From positions 3,000 through 66,999 of the IMG/VR virus record IMGVR_UViG_3300030098_001484: 64,000 nt of DNA. One strand, given 5' to 3'. The position numbers and the translations under genes are program-made. Below, one piece after another: positions 9,001-18,746 of this stretch. Each line of letters opens with the position of its first letter. Within the stretch, counting starts at the first letter, position 1. Origin of the DNA: a virus. Under the pieces are notes generated by a model that made no database searches, was not told the DNA's origin, and was given only the letters and a program-made list of their open reading frames with translations.

Positions 9001-12000
9001 TCAGCAGGCAATGTTTTATGAAGGTTTTCAATATCCCAAACTTCTTGCTTAATTGCTTGTAGCTCTTTAGCTAATGTTATGCTCTCAATAACAATTGGAG
9101 AATCCTTTTGAGATCTTAGTTCTGCTATACGTGCATTGTAATCAGCTAACAGATAACCGGGAGACTTTAAACTCCACTCTCCCTTGGTATGATCCCACTG
9201 CTCTCTACCTTTCTTTTTACCCGCTTGTTTGACAACCTCTTGCTTTTTAGCTTCTAAGTAAGCAATCTTTTCATCAATTGTTTTATTCTTAACTTCAGGT
9301 GTTGGCTCAACTTTAGTAATTGTAATACCATGTAGTTCTTCTGCTCGTTCCCGACCTCTAGTTGTTAATCTCCAACCTCGTGCTGAACGATCATATTCAA
9401 TGAAGCCGGTCTTTTTTAAGTGCTGGAATAAATTGTTTTGATAAGAAGCTACATTTTTTCCAATATCATCGCTGTAAGTCTTTGGAGCAAAACGACTTAT
9501 AGCTGGAATATCTTGTTTGGTAACGGGCTGAAAACTAGGATCAGCACTAACTAACGGCCTAATTTCCCCGAAGAATTGTTTAATAAAGTCAGCTTTAGTA
9601 AAGGTTGCATTTGTAGGATGGATTCTAAACCACTCAATAATATTTTTTTCTAGTGCCGTTTGAGGCTGGAATAATAAAGGCTTAGCAGGAACAAATACTT
9701 TTTTATCTTGATACTGTGTTAAGTTATCTAAAGCTTTCTTTAAGATACGTCTCTTATACATTAGAAGATTTCGAGTATAGTAATTACCTGTAGTAAATTC
9801 TTTTTTAAACGCCGGAACTCTATTATCGTTTGCGTAATTTTTAGAGAACCAATTAATTTTATTTACCATAGATGCAGAATCTCCAATATATCTCATTTGA
9901 GGTTCCATGAGTTGTTTATCTACAGTATTAAGTTCCTTAAGTAAAGAATCAAAAGGATTATCTACAAATCGGACAACTCCCTCAACAAACGTAGAATAAG
10001 CCTCCGCATAATTCTTGTAATGTCCTTGTAATAAAGATTCGGTTTCTTTCATGGTTTCGAACATAACTAAAGCTCTAAAGTTACCGATCATTGTGTCTTC
10101 TACAATATCATTAACTTGCTGCTCAGTTAGTTCTTTATATTTTGGATTCTTCTTTTTCTTTTCAGCTTCTTCTTTTAAAAGTCTCTTTCTAATTTGTTCA
10201 GCAGATTCGCTTACAGAATCAATCATTCTTGTTAAAGTAGAGTAAGTTCCTTTAATATTTTTAATTACGTCTCTTTCGATTGCCCCTATTGTTAGGTGCG
10301 TAGCAAAGGTTACATATTCTACCTCTTTACCGTAATGACCGCCCTTACTGGTTGGCATATCATATGGTAACAATAGTTGCTTTTCAAGCTCTGCTAAACT
10401 TGAAATTGGCTTAACAAAAGTATAACCATCGTTTTCGTTTAAAGCTCTGTTTACCGATATCTTAGTAAACTTAGTTGGTCCTCCATCGGCTGCTCTTGGT
10501 TTCCACTCAGGATATAAAGGAATAATATCCTGAATGGGCTTAATAATTTTTACTCCCTCCCATTTAATGCTCTTTCCAAAAATACTATTTAAAGAAATTG
10601 CTCGTCTTCTAGACGGGAGGTTTAATTTAGATTCTCGTAATTCACTTTCATATATCGCTTCTCGTAATCGCTGAATCCAACGATTAATGTTTTCCCTTAG
10701 AACCCGTACCTCTTGATCTCTATGCACAGGGCGGGAAATTCCAGTACGTCCGTCAGTTTTCATAGTTGTAGTATATAAATATTGCTTATTAATGGGTCTA
10801 TTAATAGAATCAAAATAACCAATTGCAGATGTATCTCCAGACTTAGCAATCTGTTCTTGAACATAGTTTGCATGCCAGTTCACAAGTTTTCTAACATCAA
10901 TTTCCTGTTCTTGTTTTAACTCTGCTCTACGTTGCTGTATGTCTTCGGCCCTAAACTTAAAGAAACTGTTAGGATTATCTTTCCATTTATTAGCACTTTC
11001 GTCCCACATGGCAGCGTCGGCATCGCCTTCAACAAGTAACTTAACCAAAAGATTAATTGAACGTCTTTCGTTTCGTTCTGCTGCACTTATACCTTTTTCA
11101 GTGGGATCAAAGAAATCTACTAACATTTTATTTAGACTTTGCCGTAACTCGTCATTTATCATCCTGTCTTCAGGACGCTCAGTTCGACTAGTCATTCGTG
11201 GCCTATCGGACACAGACATTCCTAATCTTTCGGCTTCTTCTGGGCTGATGCTAGATATTTTGCCCCTACCTATTTCAGAAGATCGTTTTCTTTTTCGGAA
11301 GGTTTCTTTGTATCCTGCCGCAACAGCGTACATAAAGCGACCTAATGGTACTTCTGAGTTGGCTCCAACACCGCCAAAGGTTTTGTCTTCTGACTTAAGC
11401 CTTCGAATTTTTCTCCACTTACCGTCCTCTCCCTTTTGTAATTTATGTGTAAACATTTCTCTACTAGCTCGGTGTAAAGCCATAGAGTCTTTAAATCCTA
11501 TAGAACTTGATAGTGGAAACTCTTTTATTAACTCTTCGGTTGTTAAGTCAATAAGCTTCTTAGGCTTACCTTTTTCATTCTTAACAATTTCTGATGTAGC
11601 CTTTTCAAACTGATCTTCAGTTAAATACCATAAACGCTTTAAGGCTGTAGGTTTACTGGTTGCTAACCAGAACAACTCTTCGAATACATCATCAAGTAAA
11701 TCTGCATCTACATCATGTCCTGCGGCTAACTCAGCACGGATAATAGAACTAATGCGTTGTTTAATGGCATATTCAATTCCCGGTTCGGTTTCCCATTCTT
11801 GTAAACCATACTTATCAGTTCTGCCCTTTTTACCCACAGCTTTTACTTTAGTTGCGTTTCTATTATATAAGAAGAATAAATCGCCAACAGTCATTGTTTC
11901 TTTGTTCTCAGCACCCGGAACAAAGTTGTAAAACTTATCATAAATATCGGCTTCATGCTTTGCTTCTTTAGCTTCTTTAGCTGCTATTTCTTTTTCAAGT

Positions 12001-15000
12001 GCTTTCTTTCGTAGTATTCGTTTTCTCTTACCGCCAAGATTAGCTGCCATTGCGGCTTGGTGCATGGTTAATTCAGCCGCTTCAGCTAGATGGAACTTTC
12101 CTGTTGTATCAAAACCAAATACGGAACCTTCGCCATCCAAGAGGTTTCTAAGCATTTCCAATCTTTTAATTTCCCAACGAAGCATTTCAATTTTTGGATG
12201 ATTAGGATCATTGATTCCAAGCTTTGTTCGTTTTTCATGTAAGGAATTTAATAGTTTTTGAAGTTCTTGTTGATACGCTCGACGGTTAGGATCTACAAAC
12301 TTTTCTATTTCAATTAAAGTAACAATTTTATTCCACTGTCTTTCAATAGCTTTGGCCTTACCTTCAATAGGTTTGGCCCAATCCTTTTGAGCTATTTTAC
12401 CGGGCTTTAATTGTTCCTTTCGTGTAATAGGAGAAATCCATCCTAAGTAAGATTCCATAACTTTAATCATTTTCTTAGCATTTTTTTGGATAGCAGGATG
12501 AGGAAGCTCAGCTTGTTTTTTATAAAACTCTAAAGTATTGCGTAATCTGGTTTCATTAATTAAAGTTGAATCGCCCTTTAATTTTAAAAGGTGTGGAGGA
12601 CCGTCTGTTAATTGAAGGATGCTAGGTAACATCTCTGCTTTCTTTTGTCTAACTTCCTTCCACAGTTTAACTCGTTGATCAACCACTGCTTTAAAGTCTC
12701 CGTCTCCGGTTAATAAAGCATACTCTTGCATCATAGTAAAGTATTCGTCTATATATGTTTTAACTTCTACTTCAACATCTTTAGATATAGTAAAGCGTCC
12801 TCGGCTTACATCACTTATTTCTTCTAAGATTCTCATTTCTTGATAGTTAAGGGCTGTTAGTTCTGCTTGGGTAGCTGTAGCATCTACGGCACTAGGCTGT
12901 TCAGTCCTAATAGCAGAATCTTCTAAGCTTTCTAGCTCTCTCTTGTGTTGTATAATTCTTTCGTCTAAATTAGCAACTGTTTTTGTAGCTAATGCTTGTG
13001 CTTCTTTAGCCTTTAATTGAGCTTGCTTTTTACCCATTGCTTTGTATTCTTTCTTAGAAATACCAAGAATTTTTCGAACTTGTTTCTTCGTAAGATCTGC
13101 TTCTTGTTTTTCGTGGGGTAACTCTGCAAGTACAGCATCAATGGTTTCATCTGTCTGTACAATTTCTATAGACGAATCATTGGGCTGATCTATTTCAGCT
13201 ACATCTTCAGGCTTGTCTACTTTCTGTTTCTTATATCCAATTGTAGGACCACGACGATAGACTTCATTTAAGTCTACATCAGTATCCCTTTCGTTTCTTA
13301 GCATAATATCATCAAGATTATCCCAAACCATGTCTGTTTCTAAGTCTGCTTTATATCCATCAATTTCGCCTTGAATATTGTCAGACCAAGCTGAAAACGG
13401 TTTATTATCTTTAGATGAATAATTACCATGCCAGATATCAATAAATGGATATCTTTCTTTAATTGCTCGTTCAATTGCAAGTCTAGTTATTCTTTGCTCT
13501 GGTTTGTTTTCCATAGCTGCATTTAAACTTGCATCAACCATAGCTTTTTTAATGGAGCCTATATCCGTTAGGATTTGCTGAGTAATGGTTTCTCCTCCTA
13601 CGGATACCCATCCCTCCGACAACCACGTTTGCATCTTTAGATTCCACTCTTCTGCATCATTAGCTTTCATCTCATTCCATTTTTTATTAACTTCTACTTC
13701 CTTACGATATTCTAAGAACAGTTCATTTCTTTCATCAAGGTCGAAGTAATTATGGTCTGGATAATATTTTTCAAGCCAGCTTTTGAAATGAGGAGAATCT
13801 GCGCCAGCTTCTGCTATAGCTTGTGTTAAGGCTTCATAATCTTCTGCTGAAGGATCGCCTGTTTTGTTTACTACATTTCTCCAACTTCTAAAATCTATAT
13901 TTGCTTCTAACTCAGAGTTGGCTGCAACCGCCTTTAAAACATTTCGTCGATTGTAATCAGCCGCTTCTTTAATGGCTTCTCGAATTAAATGCACAACAAT
14001 TTTAGAAACATCAAAATTATTAGCAGCACCTTCCGACACAATCTGTTTAAGCATGGCGTTGTTGTTAACAAAATTGATAATATCTAGAATAGATAAGCCA
14101 TTGTTTATAAACTCTTGTTCATTAATTCCCAACTCTCTTCGACCAACTTTTCTGCCAGTAAGAGCTTCTACTGTATCAAAGAGATGCTGCTCACCTACAG
14201 CATAAAAGTCTTGTTCGGGGAACAGAGGATCTGGTTTATCTAGGTTTTTAGTAAACATTTCACCAATGTTTTCACCTTGTTCTCGACCAGTAAATGGTGT
14301 AACTGTGGTTATTTCGTCTATTGGAATAGGTTTTTCTAATCCCTCAACCTTAATACTAATGATTGTTGGCTCAGGAATTAATCCTTGTTCTACGTCGTTT
14401 GCGGCTTCTCTCAGAGTAGTAGCTAATTCTAAGTTTCCTTCAGCTTCGTATCTATCCGCTGATGTGCGCATGTCATCAATGTTTCTAGTGGTAGCATAAT
14501 CAGCGTTTTCGACAATACGTGCGTTTTCAAACAAAGGATTGTCTACATTGTGGATTACAACAGAACCAACATCAATAGGTTTATCAGGAGTTTCAACAAA
14601 ACCGGGAAACTCTAACCTATCGTGTGATACCTTTACGTTGGCTTTTACTGGGTTTCCATTAATTTCTAGTACATTGCCCTTGTGTTTAATTCCCGGCTCA
14701 ATAATATACGTAACTCTTGGTTCTCCTGAATCAGATAAATTCTTTGGAAATACTCTATTTCTTTCTGAAACAGACATTAACTCAGGATCAAACCTATCAC
14801 CAACATTATCTATGAGTTCCATTTCATTCTTTGCTAAAAACTCATCTAATCTTTTTTGAATTTTTTCTTGTAGCTCTAACTCTAATGCTGCAAGAGTTTC
14901 GGTTTTTACCTTATTTTCAGGGGTTTTTGACTTAATTTTTTCTATGGCTTCAAGTTGGTTTCTTCTAATATTCCATAGAATCATAGCCGCAGTTCGCGTA

Positions 15001-18000
15001 TCTTCTAAACTAAATCGTCCTTCTCCATCAATAGGTTCTAGCCTATCAAAGTATTCATTAGCTGTCTTTTTTCTTCTTTCTAAGGTTTCAACAATAGGCG
15101 TAATAGGATCTACTTTTTGTTCTTTGATTAACGATAGTGGAGCGTCTTCTTTAGCAACAACAGGTAAACCTTTATTTTGTCGTTTATTATCTGCTGCTGC
15201 TTGAAGGGTACGTAAATCATCAGTTGTAAATCCGGTTTGATTATGATAATCCCACACCTGCTTTGACAGAGTAGCTTGGTTTATATCAGGACTATAGAAA
15301 ATAGATCCTTCAGGAATACCGCTAATACCTACTACAGAACCTTTCTCAGTTAATAAAGAAACATGACCGATTGCTTCAAGCTCAACAATAGAAACAAATC
15401 CTGATTCTAAATAACTGTTTGCTTTAATGTGGTTGCCTGCTGTTCCTAAGCTAATTACAGATTCAGGGTTATCGTTGATCATACTCTGAGATAATGGCAC
15501 ATATCCTTCAGGATTACTGCTTTTAGTAAGCTGATTAGTGTCTACACCTCTTTGATAGTTTCTCATTAAGTAATCATCAATTTGAATAAAGACATCAGTA
15601 AAGTGTTGAGCAATAAGCTCCACATCTAAATGATCTATATTTCCCATTTCATTACCTAAAGCTTCTCTAACCCATTCTTTTATATTAGCTCTCTTAATTT
15701 TGTTTACTCTAGCTAATGCTATTAATTCTTCAAAGACCGGGAAAACTTCTTCCGGTAAGGCTTCTTTAGCTCTGTGTAAACGGGCCACAACAATCGAAGC
15801 TTCTCGTTTAGCTTTTTGTTTTGCGTGCCAAACACTTTGGTTTCGCCCTGTTGCGTTTAGATCATCAACTAAAAATTCGTGGGTATTATCTAAAATTCTA
15901 CCTAATGTTCTTAGTTCATATAAGGTAGAATAATAGACATCTGATTTACTAGAGCCTAGCTCAGCAACGGCAGAAACCATTCTGGTCAACTTAGAGCGTC
16001 GTAAAGCCTCGTCTAATACTTCAGCATTTTTAGCGTGGTTTCCTGTAGGATCTTGCATTCGCTTAAGGAGAGCAGAAAGAACTTCTTTACGTAGTTCTTG
16101 GCCTTCCATTGTTTCGTCTTGTATTCTCTTAACAAGCTTAGCGTCTGCTTCGTCTTGTAAAGCTTTCCTGCTTTTTGTGCTTTTTCTAGGATATGCTTTA
16201 TCCATTTCTTGTATCGCACTATCAACTAGTTTGTTTTGAGCGACAATCTCACTCATAGGAGTATCTCTAGTTTCTAAAAGCTTTAAGTTTTCAACTGCAT
16301 CAAACAACTTAACTAACTCAGGTGTTGTGTAAGTATAGTCTCTAAATCTTAAACTAGGTGCTAAGTCTTCAGGGAACTTAGGAAAAGCTTCTCCACCATT
16401 TCCTTTTTCTAAAAAGTTAACTAAATCAGCTTCAGTTCGTTTGAATTTACGATAAGCCTCTCGAAACTTTTTACTGTCTACGCCATGCTTTTCTTTCATC
16501 TTTTCCGCTGTAGCTCTACGATTGTTTAATTTAGTTGTTAAGTTATTGTATCTTGTCCACGATTCTCTAGCTGCCACATCTGTAGGAGCAGCAGTATTAA
16601 AATCTCTTGGCTTTGGAGTCGGAGATCGCAAGGAATCAACTTCGCTTACGGGTTTTAATAACCCTCTTTCTTCCATTGCGTGTTTTCCATCGGCGGTATT
16701 TCTAGCCTTTCTTTCAGCAGAAGACGCAATCTTATTACCGTTTTGCTTTTTCTTTAATTTAATAAAGGCCATAACTTCTTTTTCGATAACTTCACGATTT
16801 ACTTTATGACCACCAGAACGATAGTGTATATCTTTTAACAAGTTTGCAATTTCGTTTAAGGTAGAATGATGGCCTTCAATTAAGTTTCTATCTAAGAATC
16901 TAGCAAAAGCTTCTCCTTCTCCTCCAGTCATATGATCTACAAAAGAAGATACCGTAATCATACCATCTTCCCAACCCATATGAGAAACCAATCCTTCAAA
17001 GGTTCCGTCCATTGGAGAATCTGTAGATATTCCCGCCATATGTTTTAACTGATTTTGAACCCAATGAGGATGGTTAAAGCCTATTTTCTTAGCGTCTTTT
17101 ATTCCCTTAAAGATTTGACCTCCGAGAAACCCATCCATAAAACCAGTCATAGCAAAACCAAATCCACCCATTGTTCCCATTGTAAAAGCTAATTCGCCCA
17201 AACTAAAACTATAATCGTGATTTCCTAGGCCATTTATAAAGTCTAATCTTTGTCTAGCATCTTCTTGTTGACGTAAGTTCATTCCTAAACCATACGCTGC
17301 ACCCCAACCAGCACCAACAGCGGAGCGTCCAGCTAATCCACCTAAAGTTTTAGCACCCTTCATAAAGGCTAAAACTTCTAAAGTTTCTCCGACTGCGACC
17401 ATTGGATAACCCAGCATTTTATTTATAAATGCTTGTGATTTAATTTGTGTATTAGTTAAAGTTGCTAATCGAGAATCCTTAACAAACCTAGCTCCCCAGA
17501 CTCCTTGTTTAGTATTAAACAAAGTGGGTATTAATGAACCGTCTGCCATTAAAGCTTTAGTATCTTTTAAACTTAAAGCAACATCGTCTCCTGTTTTAGA
17601 AATACCAGAAGCCGGTCCCTTCCAACCCTTAGTTCTTGTAGCCCGAGTTGCAACTAATTGCCACTGATTTTTAGGATTACCAAATCCACCCCACAAACGA
17701 GGATTTAATTTTCTTCTTAAGGGTACGCCCATATGGCGACGAACTCCTTGGGTAACAAACTTTCCAGATGTTTGGGCTAAATCTATTACTTCTCCGGTGG
17801 TTCTATGAATTAATCTTGGATTAACGTACTGACCTTTTTGAGCGGCTTGAAGAAATTTACTTAGTCTAGCGGTTTGTTCTGTGCTTTTTAATAAAGCTTG
17901 TCCACCCGTTTTGGTTACTGCACCTACTCCCGCTAATCCGAAAGTTAAGGGAATAGTAGCATAAAGCTCCCAATCCATTCCCATATCAAATATCATATCT

Positions 18001-18746
18001 CCCCACCAATCAGCGGTTTCAGATGTTTTACCGGCTTCTCTCATTTGCATATCATATCGAGTTTTACGCATCATTTCTAAAGACGTATCTAATACATGAC
18101 GATTAACCCAATATAAATAATCGTTTTTATTGGCTGCTCCTTTGCCCCACTCTTGAGGATTAATTCCCTGCTGTTCTAAGTATTCCCTTATAAGGTCTGC
18201 TTCAATCTTGTTTCCTCGTCTTTTAGGAAAAGCTTCATCTAACGCAGTAATCCATCCATCAGTCTTATAGTCAAATGTAGGGTCTAAACCATCATGCATG
18301 GCATCAATACGGCTCCAATCTGTATTTAAAAACCATTCTAGATCGTCGCCCAATCCCTCAAACTTCATTGTACCCGAGTATCCTCCAGCCGTAGCAGGAG
18401 TTAAACCGGCCAAAGATTCATGGAACTCAACGGAATATGGGTTAGCTCCGAGCATTCCTGACATATATTGAGGCTGTGATCTTAGGTTTAACCATCGCCA
18501 ATAATCATTCATATCTTCAGTACTAAAAATTTCTGGAGGAAGGATGCCTCTATGAAAGTCCCAGTCAAGTCCAGAACGAACAGAGAAATCTCCTTCTTTG
18601 TTTATATTCATTACAGGAATAGGCCAAAGAGTTTTTTCTGCTTCTTCTTTTGTCGCTTGTATATAATCAACGCGATTAACTACTGGAATAGGCTTCCGCG
18701 TTAAGGTTCTTTCATAATCTCTAAAGCTTCCTAATGGATATTCCAT
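6087..18746 (-). CDS. Giant internal virion/ejection protein (gp16-like, 4219 aa) with large cargo insert
   Basis: Last of three internal-protein genes; Gly/Ala hydrophobic N-terminal helices, hydrophobic C-terminal region; GrpE-, sigma- and wHTH-like internal segments. Confidence 0.75.
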   Translation of the reverse strand: MEYPLGSFRDYERTLTRKPIPVVNRVDYIQATKEEAEKTLWPIPVMNINKEGDFSVRSGLDWDFHRGILPPEIFSTEDMNDYWRWLNLRSQPQYMSGMLGANPYSVEFHESLAGLTPATAGGYSGTMKFEGLGDDLEWFLNTDWSRIDAMHDGLDPTFDYKTDGWITALDEAFPKRRGNKIEADLIREYLEQQGINPQEWGKGAANKNDYLYWVNRHVLDTSLEMMRKTRYDMQMREAGKTSETADWWGDMIFDMGMDWELYATIPLTFGLAGVGAVTKTGGQALLKSTEQTARLSKFLQAAQKGQYVNPRLIHRTTGEVIDLAQTSGKFVTQGVRRHMGVPLRRKLNPRLWGGFGNPKNQWQLVATRATRTKGWKGPASGISKTGDDVALSLKDTKALMADGSLIPTLFNTKQGVWGARFVKDSRLATLTNTQIKSQAFINKMLGYPMVAVGETLEVLAFMKGAKTLGGLAGRSAVGAGWGAAYGLGMNLRQQEDARQRLDFINGLGNHDYSFSLGELAFTMGTMGGFGFAMTGFMDGFLGGQIFKGIKDAKKIGFNHPHWVQNQLKHMAGISTDSPMDGTFEGLVSHMGWEDGMITVSSFVDHMTGGEGEAFARFLDRNLIEGHHSTLNEIANLLKDIHYRSGGHKVNREVIEKEVMAFIKLKKKQNGNKIASSAERKARNTADGKHAMEERGLLKPVSEVDSLRSPTPKPRDFNTAAPTDVAARESWTRYNNLTTKLNNRRATAEKMKEKHGVDSKKFREAYRKFKRTEADLVNFLEKGNGGEAFPKFPEDLAPSLRFRDYTYTTPELVKLFDAVENLKLLETRDTPMSEIVAQNKLVDSAIQEMDKAYPRKSTKSRKALQDEADAKLVKRIQDETMEGQELRKEVLSALLKRMQDPTGNHAKNAEVLDEALRRSKLTRMVSAVAELGSSKSDVYYSTLYELRTLGRILDNTHEFLVDDLNATGRNQSVWHAKQKAKREASIVVARLHRAKEALPEEVFPVFEELIALARVNKIKRANIKEWVREALGNEMGNIDHLDVELIAQHFTDVFIQIDDYLMRNYQRGVDTNQLTKSSNPEGYVPLSQSMINDNPESVISLGTAGNHIKANSYLESGFVSIVELEAIGHVSLLTEKGSVVGISGIPEGSIFYSPDINQATLSKQVWDYHNQTGFTTDDLRTLQAAADNKRQNKGLPVVAKEDAPLSLIKEQKVDPITPIVETLERRKKTANEYFDRLEPIDGEGRFSLEDTRTAAMILWNIRRNQLEAIEKIKSKTPENKVKTETLAALELELQEKIQKRLDEFLAKNEMELIDNVGDRFDPELMSVSERNRVFPKNLSDSGEPRVTYIIEPGIKHKGNVLEINGNPVKANVKVSHDRLEFPGFVETPDKPIDVGSVVIHNVDNPLFENARIVENADYATTRNIDDMRTSADRYEAEGNLELATTLREAANDVEQGLIPEPTIISIKVEGLEKPIPIDEITTVTPFTGREQGENIGEMFTKNLDKPDPLFPEQDFYAVGEQHLFDTVEALTGRKVGRRELGINEQEFINNGLSILDIINFVNNNAMLKQIVSEGAANNFDVSKIVVHLIREAIKEAADYNRRNVLKAVAANSELEANIDFRSWRNVVNKTGDPSAEDYEALTQAIAEAGADSPHFKSWLEKYYPDHNYFDLDERNELFLEYRKEVEVNKKWNEMKANDAEEWNLKMQTWLSEGWVSVGGETITQQILTDIGSIKKAMVDASLNAAMENKPEQRITRLAIERAIKERYPFIDIWHGNYSSKDNKPFSAWSDNIQGEIDGYKADLETDMVWDNLDDIMLRNERDTDVDLNEVYRRGPTIGYKKQKVDKPEDVAEIDQPNDSSIEIVQTDETIDAVLAELPHEKQEADLTKKQVRKILGISKKEYKAMGKKQAQLKAKEAQALATKTVANLDERIIQHKRELESLEDSAIRTEQPSAVDATATQAELTALNYQEMRILEEISDVSRGRFTISKDVEVEVKTYIDEYFTMMQEYALLTGDGDFKAVVDQRVKLWKEVRQKKAEMLPSILQLTDGPPHLLKLKGDSTLINETRLRNTLEFYKKQAELPHPAIQKNAKKMIKVMESYLGWISPITRKEQLKPGKIAQKDWAKPIEGKAKAIERQWNKIVTLIEIEKFVDPNRRAYQQELQKLLNSLHEKRTKLGINDPNHPKIEMLRWEIKRLEMLRNLLDGEGSVFGFDTTGKFHLAEAAELTMHQAAMAANLGGKRKRILRKKALEKEIAAKEAKEAKHEADIYDKFYNFVPGAENKETMTVGDLFFLYNRNATKVKAVGKKGRTDKYGLQEWETEPGIEYAIKQRISSIIRAELAAGHDVDADLLDDVFEELFWLATSKPTALKRLWYLTEDQFEKATSEIVKNEKGKPKKLIDLTTEELIKEFPLSSSIGFKDSMALHRASREMFTHKLQKGEDGKWRKIRRLKSEDKTFGGVGANSEVPLGRFMYAVAAGYKETFRKRKRSSEIGRGKISSISPEEAERLGMSVSDRPRMTSRTERPEDRMINDELRQSLNKMLVDFFDPTEKGISAAERNERRSINLLVKLLVEGDADAAMWDESANKWKDNPNSFFKFRAEDIQQRRAELKQEQEIDVRKLVNWHANYVQEQIAKSGDTSAIGYFDSINRPINKQYLYTTTMKTDGRTGISRPVHRDQEVRVLRENINRWIQRLREAIYESELRESKLNLPSRRRAISLNSIFGKSIKWEGVKIIKPIQDIIPLYPEWKPRAADGGPTKFTKISVNRALNENDGYTFVKPISSLAELEKQLLLPYDMPTSKGGHYGKEVEYVTFATHLTIGAIERDVIKNIKGTYSTLTRMIDSVSESAEQIRKRLLKEEAEKKKKNPKYKELTEQQVNDIVEDTMIGNFRALVMFETMKETESLLQGHYKNYAEAYSTFVEGVVRFVDNPFDSLLKELNTVDKQLMEPQMRYIGDSASMVNKINWFSKNYANDNRVPAFKKEFTTGNYYTRNLLMYKRRILKKALDNLTQYQDKKVFVPAKPLLFQPQTALEKNIIEWFRIHPTNATFTKADFIKQFFGEIRPLVSADPSFQPVTKQDIPAISRFAPKTYSDDIGKNVASYQNNLFQHLKKTGFIEYDRSARGWRLTTRGRERAEELHGITITKVEPTPEVKNKTIDEKIAYLEAKKQEVVKQAGKKKGREQWDHTKGEWSLKSPGYLLADYNARIAELRSQKDSPIVIESITLAKELQAIKQEVWDIENLHKTLPAEDQWMDPQITVERNPIKQDSAMQARTLKMRQLYKESIERYKELKQREAAVINELQEKLGPNQFRVGTEEGSPFMTKTALDISVIREPNVFKPKSRKIQVFSPEELKTSAKAIAPDTTKPIMAKPEIFKTFSEENLNAEYSGAEDSISIGDKIEASYGGDTSYYVNTKGARINPERTALHEAMINWARRRNHEAAGSKAGQDVAGAERRYINEIGQPNMGSKERVFSAEELANNPEFLKEFDWSWDRIIMDYANTTATRINAQDVLNHWLQTMAIASPFTGEQLKNLRFEDVFSLMRDRVASLTEIAGPKGKKIADHATKKALEETVDFMEMLYKEMIGTPVYDANIKFDTAVKAMNNLAQAIFGSGISQAVALVELPFAIIARSGSAGALMNALGTAFKGIPRSSSNLNTNLEGTAFMFDNIERSGLAKFMNDDRVEYDIKWSNRIRSLWKLMWSKDRKYTATDGAMEKLNNFLEATAKMQSEFTFLRQVINLTKNIAVGNAKYNTLKNLDKLEAFNLAFDPIKFKSLTDAKAKRRYIKGLARKEGLSYEMAMRWFRAGLVVDDSGLDVMPMVRKLLTWGEATQSNWDQSLMFERMNSVDYQFGKLERDLYTDVFDRFINFIEMHAHDASPEPRGLASYSHFNKNWFGRLFSFYATYPLAFFNVYMKKNPSEVGAIKALALIAGIVSLEMLHMQVRELQSGKKSAEEIATEWKENGWAKLFQKGSHAPVLGWGSKIVRELAVLPVVNPMLGEPAYGSNPLEMPASGVFKMISNAMVGMGKGNFLTKGRTKATKAVGMEDWIATMGDLKSGERDAQASDAFNLLYQAMFPTKAFWWVPINDAFFNHVNPDDRDQARILALALSSMMKEDIDNNRPDEAMRVWRETILQNFEDHVTPRLQPKIPSNTPNTTPLEKQRYMQQSLHKNPAKKPEKPIFNPFFEMQKETDVFESIYEMPTYLRLPDSFFKIGPQNP

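Noticed and set aside
11699-11720. DVDAD as a DxDxD catalytic motif of a virion two-barrel RNAP
   Set aside because: Lacks the DFDGD/DFDID context and sits in an acidic helical stretch; no other RNAP motifs seen in this protein
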